DNA from: Eledone cirrhosa
Lineage: Eukaryota
NCBI GenBank assembly: GCA_964016885.1
Contig: OZ024740.1
Coordinates: forward strand, 141,298,001-141,362,000
Direction of reading: 5' to 3'
Length of the DNA stretch: 64,000 bases
Position numbers and translations under genes: made by a program
The notes under the pieces: model-generated
Databases searched by the model: none
What the model was told of the DNA's origin: nothing
Seen by the model: only the letters and a program-made list of their open reading frames with translations
In this document: in pieces, positions 28,064 to 41,550 of the stretch
Position numbering within the stretch: position 1 is the first letter of the stretch
Layout: each line of letters begins with the position of its first letter

Positions 28064-28283
28064 ATGTGTAGTGTGTATATTGATATTATATGCAAGTATA
28101 TATGCATGTAGATATGATACATCAAATAAAATCGTAATTGACAATATAAACAGAAATTGAACGAAGACGTTGTTACACTGTCTTATGTAATCAGTAACGT
28201 AATCCATGATACATTAAAAAAAGGCGATATTATATATAAACTGCATTAGGAGAAAATTAGTATGTTTATTTAAGTGATCGCCA

Positions 28284-28366
28284 CCGGAAGTGTTTACATC
28301 ACACACACTCTCTTTCTATATATATGGTAGTTGAAGTGGTAGTGGTGGCAACGATATACCGGAAGG
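28284..28366 (+). promoter_or_regulatory. ETS-type motifs in the probable promoter of the RING gene
   Basis: CCGGAAGTG at ~28284 and CCGGAAGG at ~28359 in a CpG-retaining patch 0.7 kb upstream of the acceptor at 29064-29065. Confidence 0.4.
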
Positions 28367-29165
28367 GCAACTTTGAAAAGAAGTCAATTTTAAATTATTT
28401 TTACGAAATTATTTTTGTTTACAAAATTTAGTAGATAAATTATGTAATATTAATTATTTATTCAAAGTAATCCAACTTATTTTACTAACGGGATAAAAAA
28501 GAATAAACCGTACGTAGTCCCGCAGACCTTCCTTTATTATAGTTTAGATTGTTTTTGTTTTCAATGTTAATGCAAATGTTTAACTCTTTTGATATTAAAC
28601 TGCTCCTATGAAGGCATGTGGACTCATGATTAAGGTGTGAAACTCCCAATCATAGGTTCAGGAGTTTGACTCTTGGAATGGGCTGTGTGGTGTGTTCTTA
28701 AGTATGATGCTCCATTTCATGTTGCTTTTTATGATAGGATTTTGGGCCTCTCATTAAAATACCTGAAAAACCTCTGGGGTGCAGCCTCATAGAAGGCTAA
28801 CTAAACCTACATAGGTCTGAGCTATAAATTTCATTTTAAACTGGCCCTGGTTCTATTATATATATTTTTAAATATTTATATTCATCTGAAAACCAATCAT
28901 AGTTTTATCTTTAAGTTATGTTCCAAATACCAATTTAATGATGATAAAGTTACTAAATCTTTCTGAATTCTTGATTATTTTCCAAATTTGAAAATCATAA
29001 CATCTTTCAATAGGTTTAATATAGTGAAAGGGTTAATTTATCATTTTCTTTTGTATATTTTTCAGATTGATGGTAATGAATAAACAATACTGAAAGCCTT
29101 TTATTTAAAATTTGTTCACAAGAGTACTCATCTGTGCTTGGAGGCACAGTTCTGTTGTGTTAAAA

Positions 29166-29673
29166 ATGTCTCGTTACGATGTAGAAAAGTTCCACCCACC
29201 CCCAGACCCTGAACTGATATGTTGTATCTGCCAGTGTGTACTTGACAACGCCAAAGAGAGTCCGTGTCGGCATGTCTTCTGTAAAGTGTGTATAGAACAG
29301 TGGCTGGAAGAGCACAACAGTTGTCCAACGTGTCGTACGTGGTTGAGCAAGCATGACCTTCAAAATGTGTTACCCTTGGTTCAGAACATGATCAATAAAC
29401 TGGCCATGTACTGTGACTTCCGTAACAATGGCTGTGATGAGAAGATCATATTGGAAATGTACGACACACACGTTCAAAAGTGTGACTTCAAACTATTGCA
29501 GTGCCCCTACCCTGGTTGCACTTCAACTGTATTGCATAAGGACCTTTCTAAACATATGAATGAGCTGTGCACTTTTCGGGAGGTGACCTGCAACAAGGGC
29601 TGTTATTTAAAGATTCCAATAAATGAAATACCTGTCCATGACTGCCTTTCTTCTTTAAAGCAAAAATCTGAAA
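29166..29673 (+). CDS. RING-HC + TRAF/SIAH-type zinc finger E3 ubiquitin ligase (RNF151/RNF41/PDZRN-like N-terminus), coding exon 1
   Basis: MSRYDVEKF...ELICCICQCVL...SPCRHVFCKVCIEQWL....CPTCR (C3HC4), then CDFRNNGC...H...C and CPYPGC...H....C fingers. GTAAGT donor at 29674, phase 1. Confidence 0.9.
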
Positions 29674-30216
29674 GTAAGTGGCTTTATTTATTTATTTTTT
29701 CCATTTTTCAAAATTATTGTTCAACTATGACCAACATAGATTCTATAATTGTGTCTTGAGCCTGCACCTGGGTATTTAGCACCCTTGGCTAGTTCTACAA
29801 TGTGAGTTTTTTTAGCAACTATAGAGAGGACCTCTGTTGGTTCTAACAACTAGTTGTTTGAACAATGGCACAGCCTACTTGTTGAAATTGCATGCAAGTA
29901 GTTAGGCATTCCACAGACATATGTACCCTTAATGTAGTTTTCAGAGAAATTCAGTGTGACACTGACAAGGCTTGCCCTTTAAAATACAGGAACAATTGAT
30001 TATTTTTTCATGTTAAGTGAACTGGTGTAGAATGAAATAAAGTGCCTTGCTCAAGGGCACAATGCACTGTCCAGCCCCAAATCAAATTCATGCCTTTATT
30101 ATTTTAGTCACATACCTTCACTTTAACGATTATATGGCATAGAGAAAATTATTATAATAATAATAATAATTTTTTAAAATATATTAATTTTAAATTCTAT
30201 TATTTTTTCATTTTAG

Positions 30217-30603
30217 AACAACAGAAATTAATTGAAGAATATTTGAAGAAAATAAAAGAGTTTATCACTTTGAATGATACTTTGAAAAGAAAAGTGAAGA
30301 ATCTACTTCGAAACTTTGATGACACAGGTCCTCATTCTGCCGAGGGTGTATCTAACTTATTTTCCTCCTCTTATGAAGATGAAGAGGATAATACTCCAAT
30401 TAATGTTCTCCGAAGAACGGCAGATAATTCTGTCACTAAGTTGTTAGTCATGTGTAATTACCTTGAATTTTACACTGATGCTATCGATCAGATTACTGAT
30501 GAGATCAACCAACTACAAGACGAGGCTGTTCCTATAATGAATTCTGGCTCTACTACTTCTACAGCTATTGCAGCAACTACCACCACAACCACTACTACTA
30601 CTA

Positions 30604-30637
<34 letters not shown>

Positions 30638-32903
30638 TGTTGTTGAACCAACACATAGCTCAGAAGATGCTACAACTGACAGCAGGCCAAATGTGACAGG
30701 CACTTCAATAGATGCTGGTTTACATGCCAACAGTAGCAGTGAGCTAAGAAGATTTAGTAACAGAAGGTTTTTTCATACATCTGAAACCTATCTATCTAGT
30801 AGCAATCCTGACCAAAATCCTAGCACCATTGCTGATTCAAATGTGCCCCAGTTTTATGCTGGTGAGACTGGCAGTGCTACAACTGGTACTGAATACTATC
30901 CTGCAACTGATAGAGAGCTTGAAGCTTCCTATGTGGCGGATTCTGAAGAAGGTAATAATTCTTCTGCTGGTTTTAACTACAATAATGCAAGTGATGATGA
31001 CCCATTTGATTGGTATATAGGAGAGGAAGAGGAAGTCACTAGTGATGTTTCTTCTTCAATGCACTCCAATCTTGTTGCTAATGTCCAGCTTGAATCCACT
31101 ACAAATGAGGCTACATCTCAGCCAGAAAATTTTTATGTCCCAGAATATTGGATTGATACATACTACCCACAATCTACTGACAGAGGTAATGATGTTCATA
31201 TGCCTGAGAATGATGCTGCCTTTGATAATGTCAGTGTAAATACCACTGATGGAGACTCGTATGCACATCACTCTGAGGAAAATTACCTCTCGTCTATCTA
31301 TCTTTCATCACCTTCTGCAACATCTGTACAGTTCTCCCCCTTGATCTCGTCATCGCCACATCATGAGTCTGATAGTGACATGTATGTTCTTTTCTCAGAC
31401 TATAGTGATGATGAAGCAAATCATGACGTTGAACTGGTGTCTGAGAATGAAGTCAGGTTCACTGTGCCATTGGAGTCACAATGTGATAATCCTCGTTCAG
31501 AAGACAGTCAAACTATGAGCGATGACGAAGATGAGGGTGATGATGATGATGATGAGGATGATGGTGATGACAGAAACAATTCTTTTTACCAACTAACAAT
31601 CTCAGAAAACCAAAATTCAGTGGGAGAGGAAAATGATGAAGAATCATCTGTTGAACCAAATGTGTGTATGTTTCCTCAGTCTGAAGATTCAAATAGTATG
31701 AGAGTGTCTACCACAAACAATCCAAACTTAGACATCAATGAAGTTAGTATAACTCATGTTTACTCTTCTGATAATAAATTGCCTGCAACTAATGACAGAC
31801 CAGTGAACCGAGTTTCATCACAAGTGTCACTTTATCAGCAAAAGCACCGTTACTATGAATTCAACCCTGAACCACTTGCTGTGCCCAGTCAACACCATGT
31901 TTTACGCTTACTTCAATCCAATAAAGATTCCATGCGATTTAGTCAGCATGTTGTATCAAATAACACAGAGTCAACTCGTCCGACTCCTGGTGTATCTATA
32001 AAAATTGAACCTACATTAGATTTCATACGGGTATCATCTTCAGATTCTGGAAGTATTCAAAAGTCGACACTGACCACAAGAACAGTGTGTGTACCTCTGC
32101 ATGACGTGAACACTTGCAGTTCAGATGACGTAAAAGTAATTAGTGAGAGACTTGTCCAAGGAGACACTTCTCAACATCCTTCCTCTCAAAACTCATCACG
32201 ATACAACCAACGAAGGAAAAGGCCAAATTCCTCGCCTTCTGCCGATAGCTTTCCTTCAAAAGTTCGTCGAAGCCGTGACCACTCAAATTTTTATCCTCAA
32301 TCCACCGTTACAAATGCAATACGTAATCGTATTGATTTGTCTCTGAAAAATGGACTGAACCCTTCAAATCAACATCTTAAACATCATTTTTCTAACCGGC
32401 AGCATCCTTCACAAACTACTACTTGCACTGCTTCAAGTGCAAACATTTCTGTTCCATCAAATACTGCTGTTGTATCATCATGCCGATCTAATTCTCGTTA
32501 TTCAACACTTCATTCTAGTTGGCGAGGAACAGAGCCTTGCAGCAACAACATAAGAGGCAACACAAAAAAAGCTGCATGTGAAAGACAAATGACTCCACAA
32601 TCTAATAATATTCAAATTAATCAATTGGAGGACAGGACATTGTCCACTGTGAACCCTCCTGAAGGCACAGTGTCTTTTAGCCTGACAACACGTGATCAGT
32701 TACATTCCCACAGATCTGAACAAACTCTTGACCAAACAGATTCGGACAATGCTAGTTATGAACCATCAGAAAGTTGCTCCGATTCTGAGGTACCCGAATC
32801 AGACAGTAGTTATGAAGTGTTAATACCAAAAACTATATCTCAGTTATTAGATGAATATAATTCCGATGAAACAGATGAGAGTTGGTCTGTTGGCATGGAT
32901 TAA
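30217..32903 (+). CDS. RING E3 ligase, coding exon 2: coiled coil plus long acidic/Ser-rich disordered tail
   Basis: TTTTCATTTTAG acceptor ending at 30216. The A|AA junction is in frame with the 886-aa open ORF; TAA stop at 32901-32903. The joined CDS is 3195 nt (1064 aa). Confidence 0.85.
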
Positions 32904-33234
32904 AATCAAATTGTTAAGAAAAATCAACTCTTAAAAATTTCTTAAAAATCTCTTCCTTCCATATTTGACTTTTATATAATTAATAAAAATAAGCTTCTGG
33001 GTGTTTGTTTCTGATTATCTCTAATTAATTAAAAGTAATTTTATTTTATTTTGTTTTGTTTGATTTCATAACTTGTTCAATTTGTAGATTTTTTTTTTAG
33101 TAAATGGTGAAAGACATAATTTTCAAACATTTTGGAAAATAATCAGGCATTTTTATGAATTATTAAACTAATGTATGAAGTGTTACTTAACAAAGGTTCT
33201 TACTTAAAATTGTGTTGAAAGGTTTTTAGATGAA

Positions 33235-33690
33235 GAGGCATGGCGCAGCCAACTGGCCAGACCTCCCTCATAATGGGACCACCCAGCTCCCAATTTACGG
33301 TTTCACTGTGAGCAGGGTACAGTGTGGCCAAGTGGACAGGCCCTCCCCACTCATCATGGTGCCACTCAGTTCCACACTGTAAACGCACAATCCTGATATG
33401 AACAAGGTATGGTGTGGCCATCTGGCCAGACTTTCTCTGTAACAGGACCACCTACTAACATGGCCACTATGAGCACGGCATGGTGTGGCCAATAGAACCA
33501 CCTAGTTCCACACTGTAAATGTGGTTGGTGTTAGGAAGGGCATCCAGTTGTAAAAAATCCCAACCAAAATACAATTCCGTTTGAGCAAGGTACAGTGTGG
33601 CCAGCTGGTCTGACTCGTTTCATAACGTGGATGACCCGTCTAACACATGTAAGCAAGGAAAAATAGACATTAAACAGTAATGATGATAAA
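33235..33690 (+). mobile_element. RTE-tail module variant preceded by degenerate tandem units
   Basis: Repeated GTGTGGCCA.CTGGCCAGAC units, then CCACACTGTAAATGTGGTTGGTGTTAGGAAGGGCATCCA and a tail ending GACATTAAACAGTAATGATGAT. Confidence 0.6.
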
Positions 33691-35399
33691 ACACTTTAAA
33701 ATAAACAGCTTTGTATTGTAGAACCAAGGTCAACTTGAGGCAGTTTGGTATCAAATGAGTTAAACATTTCATAATTATATCTTTTCAAGATACTTCAACT
33801 AAAACTGTCCATCCTCACACTCTCTAATAAAACTAAATATAAGGGTGTTTAGAAAGATGCACATAAGCATATCTATTTAGTTAATAATTTTGCTTCACAG
33901 CCACATGGTTTTCGGTTTGATTCCACAACATGGCACCTTAGATAAGTGTGTTTTACTATAGCTTCAGGCTTACCAATGTTATATGAATGAAATTTGGTAG
34001 ATGGAAGCTATGCAAAAGCTTGTCATATATTATGTGTTTATACCTGTAAGCGTGTGTGTGTTTGTCTCCATGTGTATGTTCTTGTAGACACTGCTTAACA
34101 AAACACTGCTGTTTACTTATGTCTGCATAAACTGTTGCAAATGTTAGTGGTTTGATGAGTGAAGATCATTGAAATATGTATCATACTTAGAAATAAAGGT
34201 CGTCATCAGGGTGGGCGTCCAGTCATAATACTGCTTCAAAAACCATGTTGAACTAATACAGCCAATAAATGTGAAAACGATCTAGATACAAAACTATGAC
34301 ACTAAATGATGACTGAGTCGTTAAAGTGTTGTTTAGCTCCAGGTCAGCTCTAATTGTAGTGTCCATGCCATGACCATTTTATGCAGATCAAGTAACTAAG
34401 CATTACCTTGATAGGATAGTTGTAGTTGGAATGCTGTTCTATCAAAGCTGGCTTGATAGAACAGCATTCTGTTGAACCACTAAATGGTCACATGATCTGT
34501 TAATGTCTTAAAATGGGAATGTTACATAAGATTATATAGACCTTGAAGCCTATATAATGACTAGATAATCTTCATAGGGCTAAACAACAACAAACTACTC
34601 TGAACCTCTAGACAATCTTTCAATTTGGTAGAAATAGCACTCAAATTAAGAAGAGGACACACTAGATGATGTAAAGGATAGTAACAACTGCAATGCCTTT
34701 GATCACAGGCAGAGCAAGTACCTGAGTATTTAGTACCCTAGATTAACTTTACAATATGCATCCCATTCTCAAAAAAAAAAAATTTCAGCTTACAGTTTTT
34801 TTAGCTGAGGAATCTAGATTTTGACACTTTTTGCTCTGACTACTCGAAAATTATTAAGTCGTACCAAATCATGTGACATGTCATAACACCATATGATCCT
34901 CCTCATTGATTTATATATTTCCTCAATGCTGTTATGATTTAGTGATTTACTTCTTGATTGCAGGAAATTATATATTTAACCTCTGCAGTGCCATACATGA
35001 GATAACTCATCTTAACATATTTGCACACTTTTCTGACAGTCATAACTTCAAAGCTAGATGGGGTTACTAGTTTATTGATGTGACATTTGTCAATCATTCA
35101 GATATGTGTTGTTAATAAATGTTTGTTTAAAAAAATCATTTTCCTGAGAAAAAAAAAACCGGCACAACTGTAGCTGTATAAAATATACACAGCAGGTTAA
35201 TTTAATTGTGCAAGTTTGTCAAAAACGGTGATCCTTTGAAGTTCACTAAGGAGCCTCTCTGAAGTTTGAAACTACTGTAAGATGTAAAGGATGAAAAAGC
35301 ATAACTCACCTACCTCACAGGACGTCTCCTTGATTGACCTTGTCCAGATGCAACATATCCATGTGTGCCTTACCTACCTAACCTCTAGCCTGAACCTAT

Positions 35400-38300
35400 A
35401 TACATATTTCTCAAGCTCATGACAAAAACATGTCCTCTGTGCATAATAGTCCTAAAACAAGAGGCTGACCCCTGGTCCTACTGCTTATGTGATGTCACTT
35501 GCCCTTCTGATGCCAGCAAGCCCTGTGACATCACTGACCCTTATACTTCTGGCAAGGACCCTAGTCCCACATGCCACCCCTGATCTCAAAGATCACCTCA
35601 TCATCTCACTCAATGTCAAAGTCTGCCATCCATCTGGGTGGACAACACTCCCATTGTGGCACCACAGAGCTGGGGTGCTGCTCACATTCTCTTCATTGTC
35701 TGAAAAATCAATGATCCTGCAAACATACAAGACATAATGTGACTTCCATCCATGGACACATTGTTTTGGAAATTTACAGCTGTTACTGTTCCTTTCCCCA
35801 TTGAGATGTGCAGCACACATTTGAAAGCTTGACTCAGACTTTGTCTCCAACCTGTACAAATGCAGGCTCTCTTCCTGCCACAGGTTATAGTGCCACACAG
35901 ATGTCGCCATTCATATCTGAATATTGCTTTATGTAGTACAGACTCCTTGGCCTGATTTGACCAAGACAGCATATAGCAAAGCACTGCCTCAATTGGTGAT
36001 ACCCCCCCCCCCCTCCACCATGGCCTTGATTGTGAAGAAGCGATTCATATTCCATTTATCAAGTATTCCTTCAGAACTTCTGAGTAAAATGCAGTGTCAC
36101 TGTCCATCAGCAGCTCATCTACACTACATGCTCCTGCTTGAGGAATATTTTGAGCAGCATTCGTGCAATTTCATCCACAGTCTTTGTCTTTATTTTCTTC
36201 CATATTGCCATTCGCCAACAACAACCCTGAGCACCTTTTTGATCTCCATGTGTCTAACACACGTGGACATGCCTACAAAGTCAGAAAACAGCACAATTCC
36301 CATGACTTTCGGAAACATTTTTTCACGCTTAGAGTTGCTGAAGCATGGAACAAACTGCCTGCATCAGTTGTTAGCTGCCGAGACACTGCATCCTTTAAAA
36401 CCCTCATGCTTCCCGAAATTCGCCAAAACTACACTTGATGTACCCCTTCCATACACATGCATACGTGTATATCATGACTCATGCACTGTTCATTTTCCTG
36501 ACGTTTGTACATTACCCTATGTATTATACATACACTTTTGATGAGTTGTAGTGCACCTGAGCACTACACAATATTTTCATTATTATTATTATTATATACC
36601 CCAATCCACAGTCAACCATCAAGAGATATGTCCCCTGCTGGTAGTGCATCACATCCACTGCCAATCATTTCCAATTGTGTTTGCTGTCTCATGCACACTG
36701 AAAGAGGGGGTCAATGAACTGACACCTGTCACAACTCCCGACCACTTTCTGAATGTTCTCTCTGGTAATGTCAGATTCTATTTTCCTGGCTAGGAAGAGG
36801 GTCCTATCCATTCCCATATGATGCATGGTATTCAGTCTCTTAGTTGACACATTGCAGCTACCCACCACTCTGAATCCTCTGGTCCGTCCACTAGGCTTTC
36901 TTCACCCTGGCTAGAACATCTGCTTTATCCTTTCTGAGGGCATAAAGACCCCATTCACCTTCAGGCTGAACTCAGTGGCTAGCTCTCCCAGAATTCCCAG
37001 GTGGTGCTTTATTAACACCTCTGCTGCCCCTTTCATTTATACCATCCTCACATTGGTGATTACTGATCTGACCCATCCATGTACAATGGCTGGATCAGTT
37101 CGATATCACACAGGCCCCATCTCAGGGTCAGATTCACTCCCTTCAGCATGGCATCCAATTTGACCATGATGTGGTTGCAGTCATCCTTCTTCCTGAGCTA
37201 GGCTGTGTCCTTCACCCTTTATTTCCAGAAGGATCCCTATCACTATACTGCTAGAATTGCCGTATATGGCCTCATTCTCCAATTTGACACATACTAGCAT
37301 ACTTTTACTGGGCCTACCACTCCAGGATCTCCCGCATCATAGCCACCATCCTCTATACCCCCAGTTCATTGGTCTGTGCATCTCTTGATGTGGCTACATG
37401 CTGTTTAGAGACACATTGCAATTGGATAGTAGCCCACCAGCTTCCCACACATCGAGAACAGCTCACATTTATCCCAGTTCCGAGATTTCATTTCCTCTCT
37501 GAAATACTAATACGCCCACCATGTCTCTTTGCAGCTTGAGCCCCTATGCAGCTACTCCTCTTTATGCTTCCGGTGTTTTTGCAGTTACTTCAAACCTCTT
37601 TAAGTAGTCTATGAGGTTTGTTGCTGACATCATGGTCTCATCCACTAAGATGTCATCAATATAGGAATTGGTGACTCTTTTCTCCTTTTCCTAGGATGGC
37701 CTTAAGAACTGTTGCCATGATCTTTAGTACTGAATTCAACCCAAACCCCAGCCTGGTCAAACATCTCATCTGACCCTTGTATCTTACCAGTTGATACTTT
37801 CATAGTTTCTTGGCCACATGTAGCTGTAAATATGGTGACTTCTAGTGAGCCTCTGTCATCTCTCCACTCTCACAAGGTTTCCCCACAGACATCTGTGATC
37901 TCACTGCCTGTGTGGCATGATGCATAGTTGTATAACTCTTCAAAGTCCAGTGCCGGCCTGACTTTGTTTTTCATTGGCTACACCACTACTATTAACAGCA
38001 ACATTCCTCTCTTTACCTCCTTCCAGGGGATTAAAATACCCTCCATGATCCATCTTTCCACCTCTCCCTCGAACTCGCTTCTGGTATTTCTTTTCAGGAT
38101 ATGCTGATAGCAGCCCACTCTTTACTCAATGTCAGGGCCTCTCCCTTTTAGTACCATTCAGCTGACCATCGAATACAGTGTGAAAATCCTTGTCTTCAAT
38201 ACAGCACATTTTTCTTCAGGGCTCTCTCAACTCTCCTGTTGCACCCCCCCCCCACACCACTAAATGTTACACCATGTAACACCTAAACAGTTGATCATAT

Positions 38301-39200
38301 CAATGCCCATCACCATATCACCACTTCACTGCTGCTTCTACATCTAATCTCACTGTGATCAACTGCTCTTAACTACTCATTCTGCTCCACTTCTGGGGTC
38401 ACTAAGGCTGTTGTGCAGCTTATGTCCATGAGGGCACTAGACACCTTCCCCCCACCAGAACCTCAGTGACTGCAGGAGCACCTGTATTTGCTTGCAGGGG
38501 TAGCTACCAGCGCAGTAGCCCCCTTTGACTGTTTTCCTGGCTGCAGTTGCTGACGATGTGGCCTTTTTGCTTACACCAGTACCAAATTGACTCTGGCTTT
38601 GGCTCTTTGCAGTCACTTGTTATGCATGGTCCCTGATACCTAAAGCATTGCTCTTTAAATGATTTCAATTGCTCAGCAGCTCTTTCCTCATCATTTCTTC
38701 ATTGGTGCCTAATGCTATAGACTTCCATAGTTACTGACACCCCAACATTCTGTCTGGCATTTCACATCAACACACGAGCTTGAGCAATCAATTGACCCAA
38801 GGACATTGTTTCGTTGTCCGGCAGTTGTTTCAGCCTCACCAATATCTCATTAGGGAAACTGTTCATGAATGCCTTTTGCAAGCCTTCTGTAAATCCAGAG
38901 TGTGGCCAATTTCTGAATTTCTGCCGCATACATGTACACCTACACTCCCATTCACCTCATCCTTCCTAGTTTGGCAAATGCAACACACAGCCCTTCCATG
39001 AATGCTTCCTTTAGGTGCCATTTCAATATTCTCTGTGTCCAGTTGGTCTCCTATGTCCATCTTGAGGTACAAAGGTAACACATTTCTCTCCAAGTACAGA
39101 GCCACGACATCTTTGATGTCTTGCAATCTGGCCAACCCTTCATTTTTTGAATCCAGGCAATTACATCTCCCTTGCCACAGAAGGGTTAGCTGGCAGCACT
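35400..39200 (-). mobile_element. Decayed Gypsy/Ty3 LTR retrotransposon internal region (gag-PR-RT-IN)
   Basis: Minus strand: gag-like ORF 38863-39135; degenerate zinc knuckles (xYWCKQKGHIVSNC, ~38545-38585); ALMDISC protease-like motif (~38415-38440); LTRLGFGLNS (~37731-37760); SYIDDI (~37650); integrase C-terminal-like HKAIFRYEWRH (~35905). Boundaries are approximate and LTRs were not identified. Confidence 0.75.
36150..36595 (+). mobile_element. CR1-type LINE 3' fragment inserted in the Gypsy remnant
   Basis: NTRGHAYKV...RKHFFTLRVAEAWNKLPASVV....SFK is the CR1 ORF2 C-terminus. The 3' UTR ends GCACCTGAGCACTACACAAT..(ATT)n. Confidence 0.85.
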
Positions 39201-39544
39201 ATTAATCCTACATATTAGCAGACCCACTGATCAGCCAGATTTGCATATCATCAGATAGACCAGTCAGTTTTATGTATACAAGTGATTAATGGCTGGCTCT
39301 GCTGTAGTCAAATAACTAACAAATAGTTTTATCGCTTTACATGGCTGAATACAAGAAATGTAAATCTGAGTTTTTTTAATATTAATAGATATTCGATTCA
39401 CTTGCAATTATGCAAACAGCCTCATAAGCCATGTGAGTAGAACAAACTCATCATTCTTGGTCTTGGGGTTTTTTAATATGCAGATCTGACGGATCAGGCA
39501 GTCTGCTAATATGCAAATATCATATATTTCCACTAGCTTTGACA

Positions 39545-39627
39545 GTTGGCAGGTAAACAGTATACGGTACTGATGAAGGGTAATCACCCAGAAACATTAG
39601 TGTCTGCCTTTCTGTTTATATGCCAAC
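39545..39627 (+). ncRNA. Type I hammerhead ribozyme (Penelope-like context)
   Basis: Core CTGATGA 39570-39576; stem II GGGT/ACCC; GAAA 39591-39594; stem III CA/TG; GTC cleavage triplet 39602-39604; extended stem I GGTA/TGCC, TAAACAG/CTGTTTA, GTTGGCA/TGCCAAC. Confidence 0.7.
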
Positions 39628-39691
39628 AAGAACAAGAATGATGAGGTTGTTCTACTCACATGGCTGTTTGAATATATATATATATATATAT

Positions 39692-41140
39692 GTAGTATAT
39701 GTTGAGTTAAAAACTCACAATAGACCCCTATAATCAAAATAGCTCAAGGAAAAAACATTTTTCAAGCGGATATATAACTATATGTGTTCAAATCACAAGG
39801 GACAGAAACTGCTAGTGTGAAGAAAATACTGTCTAAAATAGTATGGTTCACACTCAATCAAAAGGATAAATTGAGATATACGAACCTACCATGACAACTA
39901 TCATGTATCCGGACAGCTTACGGATTTGAACACACTGGTTGTGTCTCGTCAACAGCAACACCATCAATTCCATAAAAAAAATTAGGAGAATAACAGAAAG
40001 ACTAAATACGCACGGATATTAATCTATATATTCAACTATCTAATCTATCTATTAATATCTGAAACCTATGAATAATCGTATATAAGACTATTCAACTTCA
40101 ACAGAATTCGTGATATAATCGGCTTGTCTCCCCACAGCCCCGGCGGACAGAAGGGAGAAGGCGTTTCCCCGGAGGACAGCAAGGAAGATGCGCTGGAAAG
40201 GACACTCCAACTCGCGGGGCTCACACCTGCGGCTGGCCAGCTCAGCGCTTATGGTGGTGAGTAGGGAGGTAGCCCTAGGGCCGAGGACACCAGAAGTCTC
40301 CACAGACAAGGGTACAACTGCAAACCTGTCAGAGAGCAACCGGTATTTGAGGAGTTGGGCCTCCTCAGCCTGACGTGCAGTAGAACCTGGGTTAGTCGCA
40401 GACTGCACCAGGTTGCGGCTGCAGAAAGTGTCGGTGCAAGTGGCATCCCAGACAAGGGGTTTTCCACCTCGGAACAGGAAGATGGTCATGTTATCTGGCC
40501 TTTTGCCGTCCCCTCCACCGGCTCGAGCTGGGAAGGGAAGCCTGCAGCATCCAAGCCATGCTTTATGACCTCGTTGAGGTCAGCATGGCATGAAAGACGG
40601 CCGGCACTGTGACGACAGGAAAGCAGGTGGAGGCCGAAAGAGTCCACAGTGGATCCACAGCGACATTGGTGTGGCTCGCAGATCCGGGGGCCGAGCCTCA
40701 AGGAAACGCCAATACGCAGGCTATTGTTGTCTAGCTGGAGAAAGAGAGTAGGGCATATAGCCAGGCATCACTATGGGGTTTGGAGGCCGCACGAAAACAG
40801 GCAAAGCGGTGCTAGTCGAGCTGGCGCATGAGCTTGTCTGAAGTCAGGCTGCACTGGATGGCATCCCAAGTGCTTTGGGAGGACTTGACGTCAGCAGGGG
40901 GAGAAGGAGGAGGGACATCTACTGGGCTAAGTCCCAGCTGGTCCCACGTCTCACAGGCGGCCTCGCGTTCTCTGAACACAGAGTTCTATTGTTCTGAAGA
41001 ACCCTGCTGACGAGGACACAGCATGGGGTTACCAACGAAAGAAACGCTGCAAAGCCAGTGATATCGGGGACCGGAGGCCAAGGCCGCCATACCTGACAGG
41101 TTAAGTGGCCTGTTGCCATCCAATGCCGTCAAGCCTGTAT
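39692..41140 (-). mobile_element. 5'-truncated, frameshifted CRE-like non-LTR retrotransposon (CCHC knuckle + restriction-like endonuclease)
   Basis: [31 protein letters not shown]...H..LN and GKPLVWDATCTDT...AE....KY..L.....P.SVET.GVLGP...RGNA. GC-rich compared with the flanks; the putative 3' end abuts (TA)n. Confidence 0.75.
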
Positions 41141-41389
41141 ATATTGTATACTCGATATCGCTAGGTAAATAAATTTTTATCTAATCTTATCTTGCTAAGG
41201 CCATTGTGTTCTATCTCAATACAATGTGTACTACCTATTTTAATTTCTATCACACTTTGTGGGCAATACCATCGTTTGTGAGTGTGTTTCAACAGGCGAC
41301 CAGAGTGACAAAAAATTGTATTAGCAAGTCAGGCGGAACAAATATAAGCAATTTTCGTTCGAAAGCACCGGTTTTTCGTGTATGGTACA

Positions 41390-41550
41390 CCTAATATTCG
41401 CCCTCAATACACACGCACACATGTATATCATAACTCATACACTATTCACTTCCCTGACATTTGTATATTAGTCTATGTACTATACATGCACCTTTGATGA
41501 GTTGCAGTGCACCTGAGCACTGTACACAATAATTTCATTATTATTATTAT
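41390..41550 (+). mobile_element. CR1-type 3' UTR fragment with (ATT)n tail
   Basis: CTTTGATGAGTTGCAGTGCACCTGAGCACTGTACACAATAATTTC(ATT)n matches 36535-36595. Confidence 0.75.
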
